Source of the DNA: an uncultured Desulfobacterales bacterium
GTDB taxonomy: Bacteria; Desulfobacterota; Desulfobacteria; Desulfobacterales; Desulfatirhabdiaceae
Assembly (NCBI GenBank): GCA_964495045.1
Contig: CAZBUL010000001.1
Location: forward strand, 1 to 54,113
DNA length: 54,113 nt
Direction of reading: 5' to 3'
Shown: piece after piece, positions 45,622 through 54,113 of the stretch
Layout: each line of letters begins with the position of its first letter
Numbering within the stretch: the stretch's first letter is position 1
Notes under the pieces: model-generated
The model's database searches: none
Seen by the model: only the letters and a program-made list of their open reading frames with translations
Told to the model about the DNA's origin: nothing
Position numbers and translations under genes: made by a program

Positions 45622-47283
45622 ATGAAAAAATCCCTGTACAGCAGCCTGAGAAGAAAAATCATTTCCCTGACACTGGTTGTATCGCTGGCACCGCTGATAG
45701 TTCTCGGTGCGACAATTTACTATCAGTTCGAAAAGATGTACCGAGAAAAAATTGAAGAACAGATCAAATATCGATCTCAGGCCCAGTCCGAAGCGGTAGA
45801 TCGGTTTTTAAGAGCCCGCATGGCCATTCTGGGAGCGATGGCAGACACACATTCCTTTTGGCAAATGACCGATGAAAATTATTTATCACTGATTTTTCAA
45901 ATTATGAACCTCAGACAGGGCAATTTTGTGGATTTGGGCGTCATCGATAATGTCGGGCAACACAGAGCCTATGTTGGGCCATACAACATCAAGAATGTGA
46001 ATTATTACCACGAAGCCTGGTTCGATGAGGTAATGAGCAAAGGAATCTATATCAGCAATGTTTACACCGGTTATCGAAAATCTCCGCACTTTATCATCGC
46101 AATCCGAAGACAGGAAAATCAACAGACATGGATTCTTCGTGCCACGATCGATCCGGAGGTGTTCGGCGAAATTGTCCGATCGGCTCAGGTAGGAAAGACA
46201 GGGGATGCCTATATCGTTAATTCGGAAGGCGTCTATCAAACACTCCCCCGTTTTAGCGGTCAAATTCTCACACAATCGGTGATTCAGCCGTCTCTTTTCG
46301 GCACCGGCACGACCGTGATCACATCGGGCGGAAAGAGTGATAAGCATGTGCTTTATGCGGGAAGCTGGCTGAAAACCAACAAATGGCTGCTGGTGATCAG
46401 CCAGGATGCTTCCGAAGAAATGGAAAATCTCTTTGAAACCCAATATATGGAGATATGCATCATTCTGGCGGGTGTACTGGCCATTATCCTGACAACCGTA
46501 CTGACCACCCGGATGACCATCAACCGCCTGATTTCCAATGATTCCAAAATGAACGAGCTCAATGCTCACCTGATGCAGTCGGACAAGCTGGCGGCTCTGG
46601 GGAAAATGGCCGCCGGTGTCGCCCATGAAATCAATAACCCGCTGGCGGTCATTCTTCAAAAGACCGGGTGGATGGAAGATCTTATACAGGAAGAAGAATT
46701 TCAAAGCAGTGAAAATCTGGAAGAATTCAAGTCGTCCATTCGAAAAATCGAAGAGCATGTGGAGCGGGCCCGAAAAGTGGTTCACAACATGCTGGGCTAT
46801 GCCCGAAAAATGGAGCCCCATTTAGAAGATGTTGACATCAACGACACGATCAATCAGACCATCAGTCTGCTCGAAAATTATGCAAGAACGAACAATATCG
46901 ACATTCAGACCGATCTATCCCCTTTACTCCCCATAATCGCCAGCGATCAGGCCCAACTGCAGCAGGTGTTTCTGAATCTGATATCCAATGCCATCGATGC
47001 GATTGGAAAAGACGGTTTGGTCGAAGTCAACAGCCGAATTTCAGGAGATGCCGTTTCTGTGAGTGTCAAAGATGATGGGCCCGGAATTCCGGAAGACAAG
47101 CAAAACCGGATTTTCGATCCGTTTTTCACGACAAAGGAAGCTGGTAAAGGAACGGGTCTTGGTCTTTGGGTCAGTTACAGCATTGTTGAAAAATTGGGAG
47201 GCAAAATCAGTCTGAGAAGCGAGGTTGGGAAAGGGGCGGTATTTACGGTGGAAATTCCGATTACGACGCCTGAAAAGAAATAA
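45622..47283 (+). CDS. Sensor histidine kinase with a Cache-like extracytoplasmic domain
   Basis: Two TM helices bracket a ~250-aa sensor domain. The HisKA H-box is [10 protein letters not shown], and the HATPase motifs are [15 protein letters not shown] and GTGLGL. Confidence 0.9.
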   Translation: MKKSLYSSLRRKIISLTLVVSLAPLIVLGATIYYQFEKMYREKIEEQIKYRSQAQSEAVDRFLRARMAILGAMADTHSFWQMTDENYLSLIFQIMNLRQGNFVDLGVIDNVGQHRAYVGPYNIKNVNYYHEAWFDEVMSKGIYISNVYTGYRKSPHFIIAIRRQENQQTWILRATIDPEVFGEIVRSAQVGKTGDAYIVNSEGVYQTLPRFSGQILTQSVIQPSLFGTGTTVITSGGKSDKHVLYAGSWLKTNKWLLVISQDASEEMENLFETQYMEICIILAGVLAIILTTVLTTRMTINRLISNDSKMNELNAHLMQSDKLAALGKMAAGVAHEINNPLAVILQKTGWMEDLIQEEEFQSSENLEEFKSSIRKIEEHVERARKVVHNMLGYARKMEPHLEDVDINDTINQTISLLENYARTNNIDIQTDLSPLLPIIASDQAQLQQVFLNLISNAIDAIGKDGLVEVNSRISGDAVSVSVKDDGPGIPEDKQNRIFDPFFTTKEAGKGTGLGLWVSYSIVEKLGGKISLRSEVGKGAVFTVEIPITTPEKK

Positions 47284-47318
47284 AGTTATTGTTTACTTTT
47301 ATTTGAAACGGGGTAATT

Positions 47319-47741
47319 ATGGATAAATTCAAGGTTCTGGTGGTGGATGACGAGCAGGACTTTCTGGAAACATTGGTCAACCGGCTTAACAAGCGGGATA
47401 TCGATACCCATGGGGCGGCCAGTGGTGAAGAATCACTGAAGCTCATGAAGGATATTCAGTTTGATGCTGTCGTGTTGGATATCAAGATGCCTGGCGGGAT
47501 GGATGGTATCGAGACGCTCCGGGAGATGAAAAAGGTCCAGCCGCTTGCGGAAATTATTCTGTTGACGGGGCATGGATCTGTGGAGACCAGCATCGAAGGA
47601 TTGAAATTGGGTGCGTTCGATTATCTGCTGAAACCGATCAAACTCGAAGAACTCCTGGTCAAACTGTCTTTGGCCTTCGAAAAAAAAGATCTCCACTCCC
47701 ATAAAATTCGGAACCTAAAAATCAAGGAACTGCTTCGTTAA
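47319..47741 (+). CDS. Single-domain CheY-like response regulator
   Basis: VLVVDDE, acceptor Asp in VVLDIKMPG, LLTGHG and LLKP. There is no output domain. Confidence 0.9.
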   Translation: MDKFKVLVVDDEQDFLETLVNRLNKRDIDTHGAASGEESLKLMKDIQFDAVVLDIKMPGGMDGIETLREMKKVQPLAEIILLTGHGSVETSIEGLKLGAFDYLLKPIKLEELLVKLSLAFEKKDLHSHKIRNLKIKELLR

Positions 47742-47791
47742 GCATTTGTTTTCATGATGTTACCAACACTCTATTCAACAGGCTCATACAA

Positions 47792-49276
47792 ATGATTCGA
47801 GAAAATGCATATCCAGTATTAACGCCAGAAGAGGCTGCATCTTTTATTCAGCATGGAAACACGGTGGCTTTCAGCGGATTTTCACCGGCAGGTGCCGCCA
47901 AAGCCGTACCGGTCGCTCTTGCCAGACGTGCCATACAGGAACATGAAAAGAATCGGCCTTTCAAACTGCGGATACTCACAGGTGCATCGAGCGGCCAGAG
48001 TGTCGATGACGAACTGGCAAAAGCGGATGCCGTTTCCTGGCGGGCACCCTATCAGGGAGAAACCAGTTTGAGACAGAAAATCAATCATGAAGAGGTTGAA
48101 TATGTCGATATTCATCTGTCTCATGTTCCCCAGATGCTGGCGTACGGATTCCTCGGCAAGCTGGATGTCTCCGTTGTAGAAGCAACGGAAATCACCCGGG
48201 ATGGCCGGGTGTATCTGACCTCTTCCATCGGCGCTTCACCGACCTGTTTGAAATATGCAGAGAAAGTGATCATCGAAATCAATCAGAAACATTCCCCCCG
48301 GCTCAGAGAAATGGCGGACATCTTCGTGATGCCACGGCCGCCCCACCGGGATCCCATTCCGATTCACGACCCTCTCACACGCATCGGATGGCCTTATGCA
48401 TCCGTAGATCCTAAAAAGGTTTTAGGCATTGTATTCAATGACGAGCCGGACCATGTGGGCGAACTCCCCCCGCCTGATGATATCAGCCATCTGATCGCGC
48501 AGCACGTGGTGAAATTTTTATGTGATGAAATGGCCGCCGGCAGACTGCCCAAAAATCTGCTGCCCCTACAGGCTGGCGTGGGCAGCGTGGCCAACGGCGT
48601 GCTGGCAGCGTTGGGAGAGCATCCCGAAATCCCGCCGTTCAGCATGTATTCGGAAGTGTTTCAGGATGCCATGGTGGATATCATGGCCGAAGGAAAACTC
48701 ATCAGCGCCAGTGCATGCAGTCTGACGGTTTCCTGGAATAAATTGCAGCAGATCATCGGAAATATGGACTTTTTTGCGCCGCGCATCGTACTTCGCCCTC
48801 AGGAAATTTCGAATCATCCGGGTATCATTCGCAGGCTGGGAGTGATTGCGATGAATACGGCGCTGGAAGCAGATATTTACGGAAATGTCAATTCCACCCA
48901 TCTGTATGGGATGGATGTCATGAACGGCATCGGCGGAAGTGGCGAATTTACCCGTAACGCATATCTGTCGATGATGATGACAGCATCCATTGCCAGAGGC
49001 GGGAAAATATCTTCTATTGTTCCCATGTGTCCCCACATAGACCATAACGAACATTCGGTGCAAGTCATTGTCACCGAACAGGGGCTGGCGGATCTTCGCG
49101 GGCTCGGGCCGAGCCACCGGGCAGAAGCCATCATCAACAACTGCGCTCACCCCATGTATCGGGATTACCTGAACCGCTATGTGCGGGAATCCCGTCCCGG
49201 CCACATTCGGCATGATTTGACCCGATGCTATGAACTGCACCGGAATCTCATGGAGCATGGCAGCATGCTGCCATGA
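47792..49276 (+). CDS. Acetyl-CoA hydrolase/transferase-family CoA-transferase (succinyl-CoA:acetate CoA-transferase-like)
   Basis: 494 aa. N-terminus EEAASFIQHGNTVAFSGFSPAGAAKAVP, with NGIGGSGEFTRNA in the C-terminal half. Confidence 0.8.
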   Translation: MIRENAYPVLTPEEAASFIQHGNTVAFSGFSPAGAAKAVPVALARRAIQEHEKNRPFKLRILTGASSGQSVDDELAKADAVSWRAPYQGETSLRQKINHEEVEYVDIHLSHVPQMLAYGFLGKLDVSVVEATEITRDGRVYLTSSIGASPTCLKYAEKVIIEINQKHSPRLREMADIFVMPRPPHRDPIPIHDPLTRIGWPYASVDPKKVLGIVFNDEPDHVGELPPPDDISHLIAQHVVKFLCDEMAAGRLPKNLLPLQAGVGSVANGVLAALGEHPEIPPFSMYSEVFQDAMVDIMAEGKLISASACSLTVSWNKLQQIIGNMDFFAPRIVLRPQEISNHPGIIRRLGVIAMNTALEADIYGNVNSTHLYGMDVMNGIGGSGEFTRNAYLSMMMTASIARGGKISSIVPMCPHIDHNEHSVQVIVTEQGLADLRGLGPSHRAEAIINNCAHPMYRDYLNRYVRESRPGHIRHDLTRCYELHRNLMEHGSMLP

Positions 49277-49297
49277 TGGCATCGCAGCGATAATTTT

Positions 49298-49903
49298 TCA
49301 CCCCGGTGATTGTCGGCCTTCGTCCAATAACTGCTGAACCAACCCTTTCCCGGCATCGAAAGCATCCTGAAGATATTCAGGATGCTGCATCACGTCTCCT
49401 TCAAAGTCCAGCCCCCGATAAAGGAGCGATTTCCACAGTTCCGCATCCAATACATCCAGGAAATACCGGACCGTCAACAGCGGGCCTTCGAACAGTTTTT
49501 TTCCCTGAGTGGCCCCCACAGAAATGAACAACGCTTTTCTCTTGGGCTCCCACTTCCCCGGCTGAACCTTGTCGATCCAGTATTTTTTAACCCATAGAGA
49601 TTGACAGCGATCCATCAAAATTTTGGTATGGGCACTGACCGTGTAGAAAAAAATCGGAGAGGCCAACATGATGCCATCCGCTGAGAGCATAAGCTCCTTA
49701 ACCTTCTGAAAATCATCCTGTATGGCGCATTGGCCGGTCGTTTTACATCCATAGATTTCCAGGCAAGGGGACATCTTCAATTTCCGCAGAAAGATCTCTT
49801 CGACCTGTGCACCCGCTTCCCTGGCCCCTTTAACAGCTTGACTCAACAGCATAGCGGTATTCCCATTCAATCGGGGGCTGCCGTAAATGGCGATGATGTT
49901 CAT
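49298..49903 (-). CDS. Flavodoxin-like FMN reductase / iron-sulfur flavoprotein-type protein
   Basis: MNIIAIYGSPRLNGNT and a compact Cys cluster (SPCLEIYGCKTTGQC). ATG 49903 follows TGGAG. Confidence 0.75.
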   Translation of the reverse strand: MNIIAIYGSPRLNGNTAMLLSQAVKGAREAGAQVEEIFLRKLKMSPCLEIYGCKTTGQCAIQDDFQKVKELMLSADGIMLASPIFFYTVSAHTKILMDRCQSLWVKKYWIDKVQPGKWEPKRKALFISVGATQGKKLFEGPLLTVRYFLDVLDAELWKSLLYRGLDFEGDVMQHPEYLQDAFDAGKGLVQQLLDEGRQSPG

Positions 49904-50085
49904 GATCACGACTCCAAATAATTTTGTGCAAGATATTTCATTGAATTGAACCGTTGAAAAAACGCCGGGCTAAAAAAATATCTTGAAATTTGATCGAAAA
50001 ATGATGATACATTTCTTATCATCGAATATCAAACGAATCCATTCACTCGTTTTTCATTTAATTCTCAATAATCTGAGGTGAGACG

Positions 50086-50778
50086 ATGAATCTCAGCGCC
50101 GTTTTGTTTCGAAAATTAGAGGATCTCGACCCAAAAATGAAGGATGTTTTAATGTGCTTCATGGAGGAAGTTGAAGAAAAAACCCGGATCATTTCCGTTG
50201 GACGAAGTGATTTCGAAGAACTGAAAGGTATTGTTCGACAACTTGCCGAGACACAAAACCGCACGGAACAACGACTTGATGCGCTTGCAGAATCACAATG
50301 GGAGCTCACCGAAGCCCAAAAACGTACCGAAATATCGGTAAGAGCTTTGTCGATTGGGCTGAAGGACTTGCGTACTCAGGTCGGCGGGCTTTCTATGGCG
50401 GTTGATTATGGGATCGAAGATCGACTCATTCCCCACATAAAACACTTTGCGCTTCACGAATTCGGTATGGAAGTCACCCTGGTGGATCGCAGAAATATCG
50501 TCTATTCAGACGGGAAATATGACGAAATCAATCTGTATGTTGAGGGGAAAAAAGACAGCGTTCCGGTTTTCCTGATTGGAGAGTGCAAAGCGCAGCCGGG
50601 AAAAAAAGATTTCGACCGATTTGCCAAACGGTTGGAGCGTATCCAAAATACCCTGAAAGGTCAGATCACCTCTGTGATGGTGGGTTATCATTACACCCCG
50701 GAAGTGGAGACTTATGCCGACAGGTTGTATCCGAATATTTTTCGTTACAAAACATTTCAGGTTACCTCATTGGGATGA
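50086..50778 (+). CDS. Coiled-coil + PD-(D/E)XK nuclease-fold protein, function unknown
   Basis: 230 aa after GAGGTGA. The N-terminal coiled coil has a repeated AE(T/A)Q(N/K)RTE motif. The C-terminal half has a D...E-x-K pattern (KYDEINLYVEG...FLIGECK). Confidence 0.5.
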   Translation: MNLSAVLFRKLEDLDPKMKDVLMCFMEEVEEKTRIISVGRSDFEELKGIVRQLAETQNRTEQRLDALAESQWELTEAQKRTEISVRALSIGLKDLRTQVGGLSMAVDYGIEDRLIPHIKHFALHEFGMEVTLVDRRNIVYSDGKYDEINLYVEGKKDSVPVFLIGECKAQPGKKDFDRFAKRLERIQNTLKGQITSVMVGYHYTPEVETYADRLYPNIFRYKTFQVTSLG

Positions 50779-50815
50779 ATATCATATAATCCGGTAATCG
50801 GATGCGTTTTCAACA

Positions 50816-51241
50816 ATGAACAGAACGACATCGAACACTGCATATTCTTTGCTGGAAGTCGTTGTCATCATGGCAATTATAGCCGTTCTGTCCTCTATTT
50901 TCTATCCCAATTACATGTCTTGGCTTCCAGGAATTCGCCTCAATGGTGCGGTTCGCCAGGTCATGAGTGATCTGGCAGCAGCAAGAATGAAATCCATCAA
51001 AGAGAATGTCAGTGTCAGCATTTCCCCCGTGAACAGTCATTCATATACCATCACGATTGGCAGCCAGACACCGAAACACATCGATTTGATGCCGGGTTTT
51101 CCGGGAACGACCGTGAAATTCACGCCGGTGCTGTTTACCTCCCGTGGAACATCATCATCGCCACGGACAATTACCATTCAGAATTCCGCAGACATCCGTA
51201 CCATAACCGTTGCGATTACCGGCCGCGTGAAAATGAAGTGA
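50816..51241 (+). CDS. GspH/FimT-like minor pseudopilin
   Basis: N-terminal class-III signal-like segment (NTAYSLLEVVVIMAIIAVL, with Glu at +5) and a GspH-like body (RLNGAVRQVMSDLAAARMKSI). Confidence 0.65.
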   Translation: MNRTTSNTAYSLLEVVVIMAIIAVLSSIFYPNYMSWLPGIRLNGAVRQVMSDLAAARMKSIKENVSVSISPVNSHSYTITIGSQTPKHIDLMPGFPGTTVKFTPVLFTSRGTSSSPRTITIQNSADIRTITVAITGRVKMK

Positions 51242-51261
51242 CAACCCATTGATTATATCGA

Positions 51262-51666
51262 GTGAACAGCGATCATCACATGCGCCAAATTTATGACGAT
51301 AGTGGATTCAATTTTATCGAGGTGGTCATTGCGATGGCTGTATTGTCTCTCGTTTTGCTGGGTATGGCCCGGATGATCACCATCACGGCATCCGTCAACA
51401 GAAACAGCAGCAAACAAACGACGGCCATCACCCTGGCTCAGGACAAAATGGAAGAAACCATCGCAAAAGGGTATTCAGGTGTTGCATCAGCCAGCCACAC
51501 CCTTACCGAAGACTATGATACGATACAGAATCTCCCGACTTTCAAACGCATCACCGATATCCATGTCGATAAACCGCTTCCAGACATGAAGCTGATCACA
51601 ATAGACGTTTACTGGAATAACGATAACCGCCGGGTGCGTTTTCAATCGCTATTATCAAGAAAGTGA
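51262..51666 (+). CDS. PilV-like minor type IV pilin
   Basis: Prepilin motif G-FNFIEVVIAMAVL. The start is probably ATG 51280 (leader MRQIYDDSG) rather than GTG 51262. Confidence 0.7.
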   Translation: MNSDHHMRQIYDDSGFNFIEVVIAMAVLSLVLLGMARMITITASVNRNSSKQTTAITLAQDKMEETIAKGYSGVASASHTLTEDYDTIQNLPTFKRITDIHVDKPLPDMKLITIDVYWNNDNRRVRFQSLLSRK

Positions 51667-52307
51667 TCCTTTTATATACCATGCGGGAATCAGTTAATAT
51701 GAAGAGACTCTCCGCATCCATGGGCCTGACACTCATCGAGCTGATGGTGGCAATGACTGTCGGTATGGTAGTTCTCGGCGCGCTCACCACAACATTGATC
51801 CTTCAGCGAAAAGCTTACGCCATACAGGAACAGGTTGTCGAAATGACCCAGACTGCCAGGGCGGCTATGGATATCATCGGCCGGGAAGTCCGCATGGCCG
51901 GATATTGTAATCCTGAAATACCCATGCAGCGGAATCATTCCGCTGAACCGAATTTTGTAGGCATTCCCGTTTCAAGCTCACGTCTTGAGATTTTTGCCGA
52001 TCTGACCGGTGATGGAGACACCAGCGACATGAATGAGCATATCATCTATACGTTTGATCCCAAAATGCAGATGATCCGCAGAAACACAGGCGGCGGAGCG
52101 CAGCCTTTTGCCGAAAACATCGAGGCATTCTCATTTCAGTATCTGGATGCGAACGGGGATTCTGTTACGATGGGTCGGGAGGTGCGCAAAATCAGAATCA
52201 CCCTTACTGCCAGAACCGTGAAGCCCGATCCCCAAAATCCAGATAATGGGTATGCCTCCTTGGCACTGTCTGAGGATATCTTTCCGCGCAATTTGGAACT
52301 GCCATGA
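51663..52307 (+). CDS. PilW-like minor type IV pilin
   Basis: Prepilin motif G-LTLIELMVAMTV. The start is uncertain: GTG 51663 overlaps the upstream stop, while ATG 51699 gives the leader MKRLSASMG. Confidence 0.7.
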   Translation: MILLYTMRESVNMKRLSASMGLTLIELMVAMTVGMVVLGALTTTLILQRKAYAIQEQVVEMTQTARAAMDIIGREVRMAGYCNPEIPMQRNHSAEPNFVGIPVSSSRLEIFADLTGDGDTSDMNEHIIYTFDPKMQMIRRNTGGGAQPFAENIEAFSFQYLDANGDSVTMGREVRKIRITLTARTVKPDPQNPDNGYASLALSEDIFPRNLELP

Positions 52308-53611
52308 TCTGTCTCCACGATTTGAAGGCGCTCCGATCCAAAAGAAAACCGATATTGGCGTCTGTAAGTCCGTTGAATTCTGAACACGGTCTGGTATTGT
52401 TCACGGCGCTGTTGTTTGTTCTGATCATGTCCATCCTGGGGGCGATCGCATATATCATCACATCGAACGACTCGGCCATTGCCGTCAATCTCGAAGTCTC
52501 CCGAAAGGCTTTTTACAGCGCTGAATCCGGCGTGAATTTTGCTTTGAAATCCATCGAGGCCGACCTGAAAACACATACAATAGAACTGCCGCCGACGGAC
52601 GGAACCGTGATGCCGCTCTCGTCTTATGCCCTGCCATCCGATGAAGACATCACGGACATTCATTTCGAATTTCTGCCGAGTGAGGCACCGGTTCTAACCT
52701 GTATCGGCGAAAATATTTATCAGTTCACAGTTCGCGGATTTGGTTCCCGAAATGCAGATGCGGATATCTGTGTGACTTTCAGGAAAGATAACGCCTTCAA
52801 ATATGGTGTGTTCGGAGATCAAGGCGTGTCATTTCCGGAATTTTCGAATTTTTATGGATACGACAGCTCCGAAACAACCGCCCCGACAGGAGATGACGGC
52901 AACAATCTGTGCCACATCGGCGCCAACGGCACTGTCAAGTTGTCCGGCAGCACGGAAGTGCACGGATATATCGGACTGGGCCTTAACGGCACGACCGAAG
53001 CAGTCTATCAGCCCAGCGGCAGCCCAACGCCTCTGATTTTTTCATCGGAGGAAGCTGTCCGATCCGTGGGGCACATTGCGCCAGATCCACTCGGCGCGGT
53101 CGATGGCGATTATGCTCAACTATTCAAAGCCAGCCAGTATAACAATGATAATGGCATGATTCCATCAGATTTGATTGTAGAAACAGGCAAGTCCCTGACG
53201 TTGAGCGGAAAACCAGGCGGTGCCACCTATCATTTTTCGAAAATCGAATTGAAAAATGGGGCCAAATTGAATATCGACACAACGGCCGGTCCAGTCCGCA
53301 TTTTTTTGTCTGGAGAATTGAACGGGAAATCCGGAACGATCAGTCTTGTCGGCGAAGATCCGAAAAAATTGGCCATATTTTCCGATGCGGCAGACCCCAT
53401 ATCGTTTTCTACGGCCACCCCGTTTTACGGCGCTGTTTATTCGCCTTATGCCGATCTGGAGATAAACAATCATGGTTCGATTTACGGAGCCATTCTTAGC
53501 CGAAGCGTTGTCATGAAAAATGCCGGCAATTTTTATTTTGACAGTTCATTGAAAGATCAATACCTCACAAATGATGTCATAATGACTTCATGGCTCGATA
53601 TGCGCATGTAG
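52304..53611 (+). CDS. PilX-like large minor pilin / pilus-tip-associated protein
   Basis: ATGA overlap with the upstream stop codon. It has a PilX_N-like hydrophobic segment without Glu5 (GLVLFTALLFVLIMSILGA). The C-terminus reads GAVYSPYADLEINNHGSIYGAILSRSVVMKNAGNFYFD. Confidence 0.6.
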   Translation: MICLHDLKALRSKRKPILASVSPLNSEHGLVLFTALLFVLIMSILGAIAYIITSNDSAIAVNLEVSRKAFYSAESGVNFALKSIEADLKTHTIELPPTDGTVMPLSSYALPSDEDITDIHFEFLPSEAPVLTCIGENIYQFTVRGFGSRNADADICVTFRKDNAFKYGVFGDQGVSFPEFSNFYGYDSSETTAPTGDDGNNLCHIGANGTVKLSGSTEVHGYIGLGLNGTTEAVYQPSGSPTPLIFSSEEAVRSVGHIAPDPLGAVDGDYAQLFKASQYNNDNGMIPSDLIVETGKSLTLSGKPGGATYHFSKIELKNGAKLNIDTTAGPVRIFLSGELNGKSGTISLVGEDPKKLAIFSDAADPISFSTATPFYGAVYSPYADLEINNHGSIYGAILSRSVVMKNAGNFYFDSSLKDQYLTNDVIMTSWLDMRM

Positions 53612-53702
53612 GCACCGTTGTCTTTTTACGCCAAACGATGGGCACTCGAACAAATCATCCGAGCTGTTTCACTCACTATAATTCAATTATCAAGATAACT
53701 TT

Positions 53703-54113
53703 ATGAAATATGACATAGCCGGAAAAGTGTTGATTGAAAAATGCAGAGAAGTGCTGCTGGAGTATTTTCTGGGAATTGAAGTTTCACAAAGCGTACTTCT
53801 CGAGGAGCTTCCCCAGGAAACAGTTTCTGTCAAACGCAGTGATTATCCCTTGAAAGTGACGGATCAAAACGGCGATTCCTATCTGGTGCTTCTGGAAATG
53901 CAGTCATCGTGGGAGTCGGATGTCGCCCTTCAGTTACTGGAGTATCGGACCCGGCACATGCTGAAGCTGAAGCTTCCGGCCATCTCCTGCATTATGCTGT
54001 TGAAAGAATCCGGTCAGGCACAGGATCACTATGAAGACCATGAGGTTCATTTCAATTTTCGGCTGATTCGGCTCTATGAGTGGGATGCCCGGGAAATCCT
54101 CGATAAAGGCATC
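53703..54113 (+). CDS. Rpn/YhgA-like PD-(D/E)XK recombination-promoting nuclease / putative transposase (3' end beyond the window)
   Basis: This ORF is not in the ORF track because it runs off the window. My own translation gives 137 open codons from ATG 53703, with an Rpn-type core (SDYPLKV...YLVLLEMQSSWESDVALQLLEYRTRH). Confidence 0.55.
   Translation, partial: MKYDIAGKVLIEKCREVLLEYFLGIEVSQSVLLEELPQETVSVKRSDYPLKVTDQNGDSYLVLLEMQSSWESDVALQLLEYRTRHMLKLKLPAISCIMLLKESGQAQDHYEDHEVHFNFRLIRLYEWDAREILDKGI

Noticed and set aside
1-54113. Search by eye for CRISPR arrays, tRNA/rRNA genes, IS elements with terminal inverted repeats, in-frame TGA (selenocysteine) splits, and frameshifted pseudogenes.
   Set aside because: None was found. 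All intergenic gaps are 370 nt or shorter and lack spaced direct repeats or cloverleaf-like sequences. No adjacent same-strand ORF pairs look like halves of one gene. tRNAscan, Infernal and ISfinder runs would be needed for certainty.

Overview
This 54.1-kb chromosomal segment looks like a Desulfobacterales-type sulfate-reducing deltaproteobacterium. It carries dissimilatory-type sat, a complete bacterial CODH/ACS Wood-Ljungdahl operon and a multihaem cytochrome. I count about 47 protein-coding genes and saw no rRNA, tRNA, CRISPR array or IS element by eye.

Layout:
- (i) 0.1-12.0 kb: a PEP-CTERM/exosortase-type EPS sorting and export locus. It holds an exosortase-EpsI fusion, a GT4 initiating transferase, a PrsT-like TPR lipoprotein, a Wza-like exporter, an OM barrel, a PCP, a BY-kinase, and a second degenerate kinase-like/PCP-like pair.
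- (ii) 12.1-21.4 kb: one tightly packed minus-strand array. It runs class-III aminotransferase, polar amino-acid ABC importer, EamA, a 935-aa atypical Hsp70-like protein, and a REC-LuxR regulator.
- (iii) 22.4-33.1 kb: acsD-acsA-acsB-acsC-acsE-DUF3786-octahaem cytochrome.
- (iv) 33.5-38.3 kb: a UbiA prenyltransferase and a two-gene biotin acyl-CoA carboxylase.
- (v) 38.6-42.3 kb: a PilZ protein facing a STAS / cNMP-domain / ABC-exporter operon. The exporter ATPase domain carries a large insertion.
- (vi) 42.6-45.3 kb: sat, a class II aldolase and a PA14 protein.
- (vii) 45.6-49.9 kb: histidine kinase, CheY-like regulator, CoA-transferase and a flavoprotein.
- (viii) 50.1-54.1 kb: a coiled-coil PD-(D/E)XK protein, four minor-pilin genes and a truncated Rpn-like nuclease gene.

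Most of the window is recognisable, and I see no self-evident new system. The best candidates for something undescribed are:
- the ABC exporter with an apparently triplicated helical subdomain and its STAS/cNMP/PilZ neighbours;
- the long Hsp70-like protein coupled to a REC-LuxR regulator next to the EPS locus;
- the ~200-aa TolA-like Ala/Lys/Pro tail on AcsD;
- the second degenerate kinase/PCP pair.

All family calls rest on motif recognition. No database search was possible.
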